This document shows, one piece after another, positions 46,367 to 56,337 of a DNA stretch of 64,000 nt. Origin of the DNA: a virus; IMG/VR virus record IMGVR_UViG_2864926767_000001; one strand, given 5' to 3'. Made by a program: the position numbers and the translations under genes. The notes under the pieces were generated by a model. It was given only the letters and a program-made list of their open reading frames with translations, had not been told where the DNA came from and made no database searches. The first letter of the stretch is position 1, and each line of letters begins with the position of its first letter.

Positions 46367-48088
46367 TCACATCCCGTACCCGGATTCACGGTCGATCTCT
46401 TTCTTCGCCTTGGGAGCCGCGTGCTTGGCGCGCCACCCGGCAATGCCTTCCTCGAAAGCAGCGATCATGGCCTTCTCGTGCCCCATTTCTCGCCGGCAGA
46501 TGCGCCTCAGCCCTTCCGACTGCTTCACGAAGTCTTCACCGTGATAGTCATAGCGCAGGTGCGCCAGTTCATGGTGAGCAAGGTCGACGATGTCGCCAAG
46601 CATGTACTCAGGTTTCTCGGCGACGTCCGGGTTGATCAGGATCGAGCGCCGCTCTTTGCCGCTCTCCTGGTCTTTATCTTCCACGTGCAGTCCTTCCACT
46701 GTGCCGAACACGAACCCCGTCTGGATCAGCTTACCGCTGTAGTAGAACTGCCCGTCGGCGCCTTTCTCCACCCCGGCAAAATTCCGGTAACTCTCGTGGC
46801 TGAGCATGGTTCTGATCAGGAAGTCCCAGCCTGCCGCTAGCTTCGCATACCTCTTGAGCGACATCTTGGTGGCAATGTGGCCGGCCATCTTGGTTTGGTC
46901 TTCATCGCGCTCTTCCGTGCAATGCTTAACCTTGAAGTTCTCAGGGTATAGCTCGCTAGGGATGCCACCAAGCTTGCTTTGGATGGAATGGCGCTCCTTG
47001 ACCATAGTCCTGGCGAGTGCAGCAAACGGGTGCTTGCTACCTTCGTCCATTACCTCATCGCTCATCGACGCGAGCTCGTCGGCGAACTCCTCGACGGTTT
47101 TCCCCCTGACCGCCGCACCTTCTTTCAGATCTTCCTGGATCTGCTCTGAAAGCTGTTTCCAGTCGATGTTGTTCCGGTTCAGGGTCTTGTCGATGCCCCC
47201 ATTTAGCTTGAGCTTAGTCCGGTCGTTCACCAGCTCCTGGATGATCTTGTTCAGAGCAGAGCTCTTCTCGCCGAGGAGCTTATCCCGGTTCGAGGTGAAC
47301 ATCTCCTTCGAGGTGCCGGTGAGGTCAATGATCCCTTCGAATCCTGTGGTACCAGAGTTGCCATAGACACGCTCCCGGAACATGGCCAGGCCATTCATCC
47401 TGACCCACAACGACGATGAGCTGTACCCCCCGGAATTGTCCTTGAAGCTGAGCTTCCCAAGGACTGTATCCAGCCCGTAGTTGTAGTTCTGCTTGTTCGC
47501 AGACAGCGCCATCCCGTTAAGGGTTACCCTAACCCCAGGGCGGAATGTAGACATGCAGACAATCTGCTCAAGGGCTTGCTCCAGATGCCAAGCTTGAGCC
47601 TTGGAATGATCCATTTCGACCTCTAGGACTACACCTTGCAGAGGCGCTGACGTAGAGAGCTTGTAGTTACCCCCTTCCCCTTTAAGGAAGAGGTCGCGGG
47701 TTCGGATCGTGTACTGCTTGTGAGCGAATGCCAGTAGGCTTTTGGCGTAGCCAAAGCCGCCAATGGAGCCATCTGCCTTCTGAGATCCTCCCATGGAGAG
47801 GAACACGTCAGTCAGTGTCTCGCGACTCATGCCAGTGCCGTTGTCGGTGCAGGTTACGACAACAGTTTCCGGCTTATCCGGATGGTTTCTGATATGAAAA
47901 TCGATCTGCGTCGATCCAGCATCCAGCGCGTTCTGGAGAGCTTCTCGGAACCAAGCCTGGTGCCAATCCTGATACTCATTGACGGTTTGCGCGAAGAAGC
48001 TGTTGGGCAGCTGCACGCGGCCCTCGAAAATCCCGGTCTCAAGAACCTCAGGCTCAGCGAATAGTTCGGATTGGGTAGAAGTGCTCAT
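46367..48088 (-). CDS. GHKL (HATPase_c/Hsp90-MORC-like) ATPase with C-terminal HExxH
   Basis: REALQNALDA, DNGTGM, GGFGYAK; AHHELAH near the C-terminus. Confidence 0.85.
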   Translation of the reverse strand: MSTSTQSELFAEPEVLETGIFEGRVQLPNSFFAQTVNEYQDWHQAWFREALQNALDAGSTQIDFHIRNHPDKPETVVVTCTDNGTGMSRETLTDVFLSMGGSQKADGSIGGFGYAKSLLAFAHKQYTIRTRDLFLKGEGGNYKLSTSAPLQGVVLEVEMDHSKAQAWHLEQALEQIVCMSTFRPGVRVTLNGMALSANKQNYNYGLDTVLGKLSFKDNSGGYSSSSLWVRMNGLAMFRERVYGNSGTTGFEGIIDLTGTSKEMFTSNRDKLLGEKSSALNKIIQELVNDRTKLKLNGGIDKTLNRNNIDWKQLSEQIQEDLKEGAAVRGKTVEEFADELASMSDEVMDEGSKHPFAALARTMVKERHSIQSKLGGIPSELYPENFKVKHCTEERDEDQTKMAGHIATKMSLKRYAKLAAGWDFLIRTMLSHESYRNFAGVEKGADGQFYYSGKLIQTGFVFGTVEGLHVEDKDQESGKERRSILINPDVAEKPEYMLGDIVDLAHHELAHLRYDYHGEDFVKQSEGLRRICRREMGHEKAMIAAFEEGIAGWRAKHAAPKAKKEIDRESGYGM

Positions 48089-48117
48089 TTATCACCAAAA
48101 TGTCAGTCCTAGACCCA

Positions 48118-48519
48118 TTATGGGGATGGAGCAGCCTCCGAGAACAACTCCGGATGCATCTTCCGCAGTACGGCCTGGATGTTCTCGGCGTCGAAGGCAT
48201 CAACGGTGTACCCGAAATCACGGATACCGAAGGAAATGCTGAAGCTAGCCACCTCCCAGCAGCTGCGTCCCAGTCGAATCGCCTCCTGGACAAGGCCTCG
48301 CTTAACTACGTCGATCCAGGCCTCAGGATTTTTCACGAATGCCAGCAACTCTCCTTCCGTGCGGAATCCCTTTGCGTAATACGTCGAATTTTTCTCCGCA
48401 AGGGCAGGTCGCGTCCCACTCCGCTCATAGGTCTGCCAGGCTACGATCTGGTACGATCTCCCAGGGATGAATGCCCCGCTCAACGGGGTAAGTGCTGTTT
48501 CTAGTTTCTGGATGGCCAT
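48118..48519 (-). CDS. Hypothetical protein
   Basis: GGAGG SD before ATG 48519. Confidence 0.6.
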   Translation of the reverse strand: MAIQKLETALTPLSGAFIPGRSYQIVAWQTYERSGTRPALAEKNSTYYAKGFRTEGELLAFVKNPEAWIDVVKRGLVQEAIRLGRSCWEVASFSISFGIRDFGYTVDAFDAENIQAVLRKMHPELFSEAAPSP

Positions 48520-48581
48520 GGTTTCCTCCGACAACCCATTGTCGCTTGCGATCAAGGGCCGGTACAACACGAGGTCTACCA

Positions 48582-48977
48582 ATGTCAGCTCAGCACAAAG
48601 CAGACCGTGCGCTGCAACTTAAGCCCAAGGTGGGCACTGTGGATGCGGGCGCCAAGATAAAGGATAAGGCGCGCTGGGAGAACTTCGCCAAGCGTATCCA
48701 GCACTCGCCGGCAGTGCGGCGGCGTCTGATGGAGAAGCAGCAGGGGCGATGCCCAGTGTGTCTGGCAGGGGTAGAGCCCGGAGAGACTGTGCACCACGTC
48801 TCCTACGTGCATCAGTGCCAGTTCATCGAGACGCAGAGCCACGCCGCCCCGACTGCAAAGCGGCCGGAACGTGTGGTGAAGGCGCCCCCTTGCGAGGGCT
48901 GCGCTTCAATGGATCGCTGCCTCAGCTACCTAGCCCTGGTGCACGAGGATTGCCACATCCTCATACACATCCAATGA
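48582..48977 (+). CDS. HNH-like / Zn-finger protein
   Basis: QQGRCPVC..VHHVSY..ALVHEDCHILIH; GAGG SD. Confidence 0.65.
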   Translation: MSAQHKADRALQLKPKVGTVDAGAKIKDKARWENFAKRIQHSPAVRRRLMEKQQGRCPVCLAGVEPGETVHHVSYVHQCQFIETQSHAAPTAKRPERVVKAPPCEGCASMDRCLSYLALVHEDCHILIHIQ

Positions 48978-49569
48978 CCGGGTCGATGGCTGCTACGAGC
49001 TGAGCGAACACCTCGTCGACAGAGGCGGTGCCGTCGATGGTCACGAAGCCGTGTTTCTTCGCCAACTCCTGGTACGAGGCACGAACGCCTCGGTAGAAAT
49101 CAACGCCCCGGCGTTCGAACTTGTCCAGGCTACCGCGATTCTGGGAACGCTCCTTCGACAGCTCTGCTGGGATGTCGATGAAAATCACCAAGTCTGGGGT
49201 GACACCAAGGGTTTCAACGCACGCATTCTGCAGCAGCTCTACGGGCCAGCCGGTGTATGGCCCGTTGTACGCCAAGGTGCTGGGCCAGAACCTATCGCTG
49301 ATGACCAACTTCCCCTCGGCCAGCGCCGGCAGAATGCGCTCTTCAACATGGTGCATACGCGCCATGGTCATGAGCAGGGTCTGTGTCTTAGGGCTGATCT
49401 CAAGCTCTTCGTTGAGGAGGAGCTCACGAGCCGTGATTCCAGGTACGGTGTGGTAGAGATCGCTGGTCAAAAGCACTTCACGGCCGGAGGCACTGTAGTG
49501 TTCGAGGAGTCTCTTAATCTGCGTACTCTTCCCGCAGGCCTCGATCCCCTCGATGGCAATCATTCCCAT
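48961..49569 (-). CDS. tmk: Thymidylate kinase
   Basis: IEGIEACGKSTQ P-loop; SDRF; PDLVIFID; DKFE; IDGT. Confidence 0.93.
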   Translation of the reverse strand: MGMIAIEGIEACGKSTQIKRLLEHYSASGREVLLTSDLYHTVPGITARELLLNEELEISPKTQTLLMTMARMHHVEERILPALAEGKLVISDRFWPSTLAYNGPYTGWPVELLQNACVETLGVTPDLVIFIDIPAELSKERSQNRGSLDKFERRGVDFYRGVRASYQELAKKHGFVTIDGTASVDEVFAQLVAAIDPVIGCV

Positions 49570-49633
49570 TATTATTTCACCATAAGCAATGAAGAAGCCC
49601 GTGTTTCCACGGGCTTCTGGGACAGGTGCCGGA

Positions 49634-50491
49634 TCAGGCTTCCTGGGAAGTCGAGGTGATGCTCAGCTTGGCCTTGCCGGTAACGTCCGACAGGGATACA
49701 GCTTCGTCACCAGGGTGTTCGGCGTCAGCCGGTGGGAAGACCAGGTCTTCGTCCACGAGATCGGAGGCAGCAGGGGTCACATCAACCACCTCGCCCTCGA
49801 TCACAACGCCCTTCTCTTCGACCTCAGGGGTCTGAGCCACAGCCTCAACGACCGTGGTTTCGGGTACAACCACTTCCGGCTCAACCACTGCGGGTACTTC
49901 CGCTGCCGGCGCAGCTTCAACAACCAACTCAGCTGCAGCCGCAGGAATCACCTCGGCCGCAGCTTCAGGCTTTCCCGATTGGGGCGCCTCGTCATCTGCC
50001 AGCTCGACCTCAGGGGTCGCCGGGGACTGATCGAGGTCGTCATCCTGGCCGACCGGAACGGTCACGCCAAGAACGTGGCTGAGCTGGGTTTTTTCCTTGT
50101 AGGAGTTTAGCTCGGCCGGAAGCTTGCGAACAACGCCGGCCAGGGCCTCCAGGGACTCAGCCAGGGCGCCGTTGGAGTGCTGGTACTGGTCACCGTAGGC
50201 CACGGTCACACTGTGCAGCACGCCTTCGATGCGGGCCTTCAGAGTAATGTAGCCGGAGGCGTCAACGGAGACACCCAGGCGGTCAGCGGCGCAGTCGATC
50301 ATCGAGAGCTCGCGGCGCGGCTCGAAACGCAGGCGAACCTTGTATTCGTTGTCGGTCGCGGTTTCGAAATCAGCGATACTGGCGGCCATCGCGACGCGAA
50401 TGGTTTCTTCCGGCAGCGGAGCTACTTGCAGGGCGTTCCAGACGGCTTGCACCGATTTCCACAGTGCGGTCTGCTTTTGAGTGAGTGCCAT
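49634..50491 (-). CDS. Hypothetical protein with long acidic Pro/Ala/Glu-rich tail
   Basis: GAGG SD; low-complexity C-half. Confidence 0.7.
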   Translation of the reverse strand: MALTQKQTALWKSVQAVWNALQVAPLPEETIRVAMAASIADFETATDNEYKVRLRFEPRRELSMIDCAADRLGVSVDASGYITLKARIEGVLHSVTVAYGDQYQHSNGALAESLEALAGVVRKLPAELNSYKEKTQLSHVLGVTVPVGQDDDLDQSPATPEVELADDEAPQSGKPEAAAEVIPAAAAELVVEAAPAAEVPAVVEPEVVVPETTVVEAVAQTPEVEEKGVVIEGEVVDVTPAASDLVDEDLVFPPADAEHPGDEAVSLSDVTGKAKLSITSTSQEA

Positions 50492-50591
50492 TACAACCTC
50501 TTCAGATGGACATGAATCAGATGGCTGCCGGCGCCTCCGTAGCAGGGCAGAACGTCATTTACCGTTATATTGTCAGAAATCTCAGCTCTTT

Positions 50592-51221
50592 TCAGAGATA
50601 TTTCCACTCCACGGGGTAGGCGCGGAGCGTGCTGCAGGCCCCTTTGCCCACAAAGACCTCCTCTCCCATGGAAGCGATGGCCTGATCGATGAAGCCCAGG
50701 CCGTCGTAAGGCGCGAATAGGGTCGATCCGCCGGTCATCAGCATGTACCGCGAGAAGGCCTCCTTCTCGATCTCCGAATCGATCTTCCACATTCCCTTGA
50801 GCTCCTTCGACTCCGCCACGAAGCAGTCATGGAGATCGAGAAGCTTGTTGAAGCCGCCTGGCAACCACTCCAGCATCACCAGGTGAGACTTAAGCTCAGG
50901 CCGCGAGAAGCCCCTGTAGATGAACTGCCACCCAAGGGCGCCAGCTTCTACCTGGATCAGCCACTCCTGCTCACCATCCTCTGCAGGCGCAGTGGGCTCG
51001 CGCTCAATCGCCACAGCCTCGAGGGCTTCAATGGCCGGCAGTTTGCTCACGAACAGCGCGCAGAGAGCGCCATCCTCCTCCTCGACCAGGTCGCCCAGGG
51101 CTGGGAAGAGCTTATGCACCATGCAGGCGCTCTCGGAAAGGTACGAAATCAGGGAGCCGGCGGCGACGTAAGGAGTCTCCAGCCCGGCTCCCATCAGGAT
51201 CTCCAGGTCACTCGTGAACAT
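50592..51221 (-). CDS. Hypothetical acidic protein directly downstream of the patatin gene
   Basis: GTG start 1 nt after the patatin stop codon. Confidence 0.65.
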   Translation of the reverse strand: MFTSDLEILMGAGLETPYVAAGSLISYLSESACMVHKLFPALGDLVEEEDGALCALFVSKLPAIEALEAVAIEREPTAPAEDGEQEWLIQVEAGALGWQFIYRGFSRPELKSHLVMLEWLPGGFNKLLDLHDCFVAESKELKGMWKIDSEIEKEAFSRYMLMTGGSTLFAPYDGLGFIDQAIASMGEEVFVGKGACSTLRAYPVEWKYL

Positions 51222-51222
51222 C

Positions 51223-53358
51223 TCAGATACTCATCATGGTGTCCCAGACATTGTCTTCGCGGAACTTGCTCTTGGATAGCGCCGCCATGAACTCTTCTGG
51301 AGAGTTAGCCTTGAAGATCGGGTCGATACCCTCGGTTTTTCCCACCGACAGATCCGTCCAGCGCTTCTTGAAGGCCTTCGCCTCGAGCTTCTGCTCGAAC
51401 TTCCACTCCACCTTGGCCAAGCCGGTTAGCCTGGTCATGGCATAGCGCAGGCGCGGGTCGTACTCCATCGAGTTGAGGAAGGACGATGCCATGTACCCGG
51501 CCACGCTCAGCGCCGAACGCTCACGACGGTTGATGTTGAAGTCCGCTGTCCCCACGCTACCCGATGAAATGAAGGCTATGTTGAGGAAGTCCTCTCGCGC
51601 CGGCTCGCTCGTCTTGTGCTTGTCCATGAAGGACTCGACCATGTTGCCGACAAACTTACCGTTGGCCAGCTGCTGCACTTTGCCCCAAAGCTCTTTCGGG
51701 AGGTTCAGGAGCTCGAAAGCGCGCATCTTGATCTGCTCGCTGTCGCGCAGGTACTTCTTGCAGAGTTTGGCCTCTACATCGTGCTCCAGCGTCGACAGCA
51801 TGAAGCCACGCATCTTGCTGCGGTACTCCTCTGGAGACGAGTATTTGTCGGCCCAGATGGAGATTGGCATGTTGTTCGTGATCCCGCCGTCCCTGAGGTG
51901 GCGGCCCTCGTGCTTAATATGCTTGAAGACGTAGGGGATGTTCATGCTGGCCCTGACCGCCTTTTTAATCGGCATGTCGACATAGTCGCCGCCACCGGCC
52001 CTGCAGGTGACTGCTTCGATTCCAAAGAGGACGTATCGGGTGTTAGTGATCGCCACCCCGAACTCCTTGAAACCATGCGACGGCGCCAGCTCCGCAAGTT
52101 GCTTGAGCTGCTCGAAGTTGAGGTTGCGGATCTCCTCCACGGTGGACAATTGAGGCTTCACGATGCGCCTGATTTCAATGGGCACCGCCTTCACCTTCTC
52201 CTGGATCACGTCACCGATGAACGACTCGATGGAGTCCCCGTCCAGCTTCCTGGTGGTGCGACGCACACGGATGCAGGTCAGAGCAGCCTGGAAGTACTTC
52301 GTCCTCGAGCCCAATGGCACGAAATCGAGGACACCGATCAGCTTCTCCAGCCCGCGCACCTTCAGATGCCTGTTGAAGTCCTTCATCGCCTTACGGTAGA
52401 TGAGCTCAAGCTTGGACTCGCCACCGTAGGACACTTCCAGGTCGCGAATCTGCTGCTGTAGCAAGTCCTCAGTCAGATTGGTCAGGGACTTGTAGGTCGC
52501 ATTCGGAATGGCTTCGATCAGCTCAGGAATCAGGTACTGAGCTGCGAATTTCTTCAGCAGGATGCCTTCAAGGCCAGGGTCAGCATGGATGTCCAAGACG
52601 TTGGCCTTGGTAGCCGCTTTTTTTACCCAATTGAACGTGGCCGCACTTTCAGCGAAGAACTGGGCAAAGCGGCCTCGCTCTACGAGTTCCCTAACTTCCT
52701 CTGCGTTGTAGCCCATTGCTACAGGGAGGCCCATAAGCGCGCCGGCTGATGTACCAGCGATGTACTTGATACCTTTGAGCATCCCCCGGTCGCTTAGATC
52801 GGAGATTGCACCTGCGAAGGCCATCCCTTTGGCACCGCCTCCCTGGAATACGAGTACTTCAGGGCCAGCGGCTCGCTTTCCGTACTCTGAGTTAATCCTC
52901 TTCTGGAAATGCACGGCACGCGAGGCGGCCTCACTGATGACACTGTTCAAGTGCTCCATGTAGGTCGCCAGTCGGGCTCGTTCACCCTCCGGCACTGATC
53001 CAATAGAGAACTGCTGAATCTCGTTCACCAAACGTTCAAAATGCCAACGGAAACCGATCAGTTTTTCACGCTGATAGTCAGGCAGCGCCGCGTCCAGGGC
53101 TTGAAGCTCTACCTGATTGCCAGGATTGTTGTAATTAGAAATGACGTCCGAAAGGACTTTGATGATGTCCGGCAGGCTTTGCTCAGGGTCAGCTTCGTTC
53201 AGCTGCACGCCGAAGACGTTGATCCCATAGACGTTGAGCTCACGCCAGTTGTCCCGAGCGAACGTGGCGAGCTTGTTGATGGTGATCTCACGCATCACAT
53301 CGTTGAAGGCGCTTTTACGTGCAGCCTGCACGCGCTCTAGTTGTTTTTTGTAGTTCAT
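51223..53358 (-). CDS. Patatin-like phospholipase with N-terminal extension and large insertion
   Basis: QGGGAKG, GTSAG, DGG motifs. Confidence 0.9.
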   Translation of the reverse strand: MNYKKQLERVQAARKSAFNDVMREITINKLATFARDNWRELNVYGINVFGVQLNEADPEQSLPDIIKVLSDVISNYNNPGNQVELQALDAALPDYQREKLIGFRWHFERLVNEIQQFSIGSVPEGERARLATYMEHLNSVISEAASRAVHFQKRINSEYGKRAAGPEVLVFQGGGAKGMAFAGAISDLSDRGMLKGIKYIAGTSAGALMGLPVAMGYNAEEVRELVERGRFAQFFAESAATFNWVKKAATKANVLDIHADPGLEGILLKKFAAQYLIPELIEAIPNATYKSLTNLTEDLLQQQIRDLEVSYGGESKLELIYRKAMKDFNRHLKVRGLEKLIGVLDFVPLGSRTKYFQAALTCIRVRRTTRKLDGDSIESFIGDVIQEKVKAVPIEIRRIVKPQLSTVEEIRNLNFEQLKQLAELAPSHGFKEFGVAITNTRYVLFGIEAVTCRAGGGDYVDMPIKKAVRASMNIPYVFKHIKHEGRHLRDGGITNNMPISIWADKYSSPEEYRSKMRGFMLSTLEHDVEAKLCKKYLRDSEQIKMRAFELLNLPKELWGKVQQLANGKFVGNMVESFMDKHKTSEPAREDFLNIAFISSGSVGTADFNINRRERSALSVAGYMASSFLNSMEYDPRLRYAMTRLTGLAKVEWKFEQKLEAKAFKKRWTDLSVGKTEGIDPIFKANSPEEFMAALSKSKFREDNVWDTMMSI

Positions 53359-53553
53359 CGGGAAAACAGCGCCATTCCAATTAGTTCCTCATTATTGGCA
53401 TGACCATTTATTGCCGATCAATACAAGCAGATCTCCTTATATTGAAAATTGCGATTTGACAGATTGTGAATGTTCGCGACTTGTAACCTTGACCAGGGGT
53501 AGTTCGCTAAATATAATGGTTTCAGATTGGCATCCTGACAATTTGAGGGAAAT

Positions 53554-53946
53554 ATGCTCACTCGCGCACTCCAACTCGAATTGCTCAAGAACAAACGGGC
53601 CAATATCGAGCATCAGATCGGGCTCCTCAATGCTGAGCTTCGCCAGATCGAAAACTCGATCACAGAGATCGAACTCTATCGGTCGAAGGTTCAACGGGTA
53701 GCTGACCAGGTAATCGCACTCCTGGAGGACAATGACCTGCCGGTGAACGACTTCCTAAAGGCTCTGCTACCTCCCAAGCCGGAAAACCGCCCCAAACACG
53801 TCTATTTCAATACCGCCAAGCTCGTATACGTGAATCCCTTCACCCACGAGACCCTTGTAATCACGAGCGCCAACAGAAGCCAGCTGGAAACCTGGGAGCG
53901 CCATTATGGCAAGGCCAAGGTACGAGGCTGGATTCGCCCGGCCTAG
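53554..53946 (+). CDS. MvaT-family (H-NS-like) xenogeneic silencer
   Basis: N-terminal coiled coil; C-terminal YVNPFTHE..N..L..W...YG...V..W. Confidence 0.7.
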   Translation: MLTRALQLELLKNKRANIEHQIGLLNAELRQIENSITEIELYRSKVQRVADQVIALLEDNDLPVNDFLKALLPPKPENRPKHVYFNTAKLVYVNPFTHETLVITSANRSQLETWERHYGKAKVRGWIRPA

Positions 53947-53992
53947 CTCCCTATCATCTGCGGATGGATAAGCACGGCGCTTTGGAGTACAG

Positions 53993-55378
53993 ATGAAGAT
54001 CCCCTGCCCCCTTCCCATCTTCGATGACAAGAAGTACCTGAGTGAGCTGCGTGGCGCGCAGCAGGAAAAGGCAAGGCCGCACAAAGGGGCAATCCCCAAG
54101 TGCGATAATCTCGATGAGGTGCTCGAAGACTACCGCAAGGCCCTCGACTTCCTGCTGAAGTACGAAGGCAGCGACGACACCTTCGCAACCTACCGCCGGG
54201 AGATCGACCGCTTCATGCTCTGGCTCTGGTACGCCAGGCCGGATGCCAACGGAAAGATCGGCAAGCCAGGCCTTCTCCATGAACTCAAGCGCGCCGACAT
54301 GGAAGCCTACTTCGACTTTATCAAGGCACCTCCTCTTGAGTGGCGGGACATCCAGATCCGGAATCGCTTCCTCGACGTGGGCGGAGAACGCGTCCCTAAT
54401 CCCGAATGGCGGCCCTTTGTCGCCAAGATCAAGAAGCTTGAGCGCAAGAACGCCATCCACGGAACGGCCGATACCGCCCACGCTCGCGAAAATCTCGATG
54501 AGAAGGCGCGCCCGGACATTGAGAAGTACAAGATGTCCGACTCGTCCTACGCCATTGCCTTCGGCACCCTGCGCAGCTTCTTCACGTACCTCCTGGACGA
54601 GGAGCACGTAGGACGAAACCCGGTTGCGCAAATCTCCTCCAAGAACAAGAAGATCAAGAAAGAGGACGATGACCACGTAGAGCAAAGCGTGAAACGCCTC
54701 ACCATCGACCAGACCAGAGCCCTCTTCGAATCCGTTGAATCATTCCGTGAGACTCTCGGAGAAGATCGATACGAGCGCCTGCGCTTCATCCTTAGCCTGA
54801 TGATGGCGTTTTACCTGCGGATTTCCGACGTGGCCCACAAGGACGAAGACAAGCAGCCAGTGCATGGCAACTTCTTCACCATCGTCGACAAGATCGAAGG
54901 AAAGCAGGTTCGCTCCTGGTGGTTCAAGGCCACCGGCAAGGGCAACAAGAAGCGCACGATCCCGGTAAGTGAAGACGTGCTGAAAGCGCTACGCCGGTAT
55001 CGTACATCCCAGGGCATGTCGCCCCTTCCAGTGCCCAAGGAGAAAACCCCTCTCTTCCCCAAAGCGCGCGGTCAAGGAGGACTTACTTCAACTCGCCACG
55101 TCCGGGCAATGCTGCAGGCAGTTTTCGACGAAGCCTTCAAGCGCCTGCGTGCTGCAGGGAGAGACGACGACGCCAACATGCTGATGCAGTGCACCGTCCA
55201 CTGGCTGCGACACACAGGCATCTCTGAAGACGTTACTCGCCGGCCGCTAGAGCACGTTCGCGACCAGGCAGGCCACACCAACCTGGAGACGACCAAACGA
55301 TACATCTCCAGCAGCCTGCACGAGAAACACGAGTCCTCAGAGCACGCCGCGCTGCTCACCTCAATCCAGGGTGACTGA
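53993..55378 (+). CDS. Tyrosine recombinase (XerC/D-like)
   Basis: YLRISD, GKGNKKR, HWLRHTG, GH...ETT.RY catalytic set. Confidence 0.93.
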   Translation: MKIPCPLPIFDDKKYLSELRGAQQEKARPHKGAIPKCDNLDEVLEDYRKALDFLLKYEGSDDTFATYRREIDRFMLWLWYARPDANGKIGKPGLLHELKRADMEAYFDFIKAPPLEWRDIQIRNRFLDVGGERVPNPEWRPFVAKIKKLERKNAIHGTADTAHARENLDEKARPDIEKYKMSDSSYAIAFGTLRSFFTYLLDEEHVGRNPVAQISSKNKKIKKEDDDHVEQSVKRLTIDQTRALFESVESFRETLGEDRYERLRFILSLMMAFYLRISDVAHKDEDKQPVHGNFFTIVDKIEGKQVRSWWFKATGKGNKKRTIPVSEDVLKALRRYRTSQGMSPLPVPKEKTPLFPKARGQGGLTSTRHVRAMLQAVFDEAFKRLRAAGRDDDANMLMQCTVHWLRHTGISEDVTRRPLEHVRDQAGHTNLETTKRYISSSLHEKHESSEHAALLTSIQGD

Positions 55379-56245
55379 TGGCTCGTTCGCGTACCTGAAA
55401 ACACGGATGCTGGAAGCCAGTGGCTCGTTGTCGTCGATCAGCTTGTCGCCGCGCACCTTCTTCTCCTTCTTCGGCCACCGCTTCGGATCAAATTGGCTTG
55501 CCAAGAAGATGTCGTCGCGCTCAACAATAGGGCCGGCGTACAGGATCGGGAGGTAGAACAGCTTCGTGTCCGCGTACTTGCCCGTTAGCGAATCGATGAT
55601 GTTCCCCTTTACACCGGCCGGGTTGAACTGGATCTGAGCAACCGGTAGGTGACTGGGGTACTCCTTGAGCGTTTCATAGTCGATCCTGGCCGAGTCACTG
55701 GTGTACATCTTGCTCTCCAGGAGCGCGAGGGCCTCGGACACGGACATCTTGTGAATCGTCCTGGGCATCACGCCCGAGAACCTGATGCTCTTCGGCTCGT
55801 ACTCGAGCACCGGGATGCGCCGGTAGATGGCCTTCAGTGAGAGGCGGCCATACCCGATGTTGGTGAGCATCTGCCTGACTGCGATGCTCTTCTGGCTCTT
55901 CTTCAGCGTGGTGCCGGCCGTGCCGCGCAGTCGATCCTGGTAGCTGTCCATCTTGGCCCTGAATGCAGCCTTGAGCTGATTCACGTGCCGCGCGAGCTCC
56001 ATCACTTCTGGCTCAACACAGATGGCACCATGAAGCGTCTCGGTGAAGCGTGCGTCTGCTGCCCCACCAGGCACGTAGTAGTTCTTGAAGATGCCCTGGA
56101 TCTTCTCCACTGCAGCATGCCCAACCTCGAACGGGCCGGGATCAGCAGCGCAGAAGGCATCGGTGGGGTTCTGCAGCGCAGTGCAGAGATCATCGATGCC
56201 CAGGATCAGCTCTTCCAGACTCAGCTTAAGTTCAGCGATTTCCAT
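55361..56245 (-). CDS. Possible Tus-like replication terminus site-binding protein
   Basis: Size, T..L.GAICV segment and position convergent on a tyrosine recombinase, from recall of plasmid families; no decisive motif. Confidence 0.45.
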   Translation of the reverse strand: MEIAELKLSLEELILGIDDLCTALQNPTDAFCAADPGPFEVGHAAVEKIQGIFKNYYVPGGAADARFTETLHGAICVEPEVMELARHVNQLKAAFRAKMDSYQDRLRGTAGTTLKKSQKSIAVRQMLTNIGYGRLSLKAIYRRIPVLEYEPKSIRFSGVMPRTIHKMSVSEALALLESKMYTSDSARIDYETLKEYPSHLPVAQIQFNPAGVKGNIIDSLTGKYADTKLFYLPILYAGPIVERDDIFLASQFDPKRWPKKEKKVRGDKLIDDNEPLASSIRVFRYANEPSVTLD

Positions 56246-56312
56246 GGCGAACTCCTGTGTATATATACAGGATCGCCCAGAGTGACAAAGAAAGGAAGGC
56301 CCCAGAAACGAA

Positions 56313-56334
56313 GAAGCGGGCCTTAGCCCGCTTC
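56313..56334 (-). terminator. Hairpin downstream of the initiator gene
   Basis: GAAGCGGGC-TAAG-GCCCGCTTC followed by TTCGTTT. Confidence 0.55.
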
Positions 56335-56337
56335 TGA

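Noticed and set aside
50491-50790. 99-aa ORF overlapping the 50592 gene
   Set aside because: Out-of-frame overlap with a better-supported, operon-coupled CDS; Arg/Gly-rich composition typical of spurious frames.
51223-53358. Patatin as a CBASS CapV effector
   Set aside because: No CD-NTase or cap genes nearby, and the protein is about twice CapV size.
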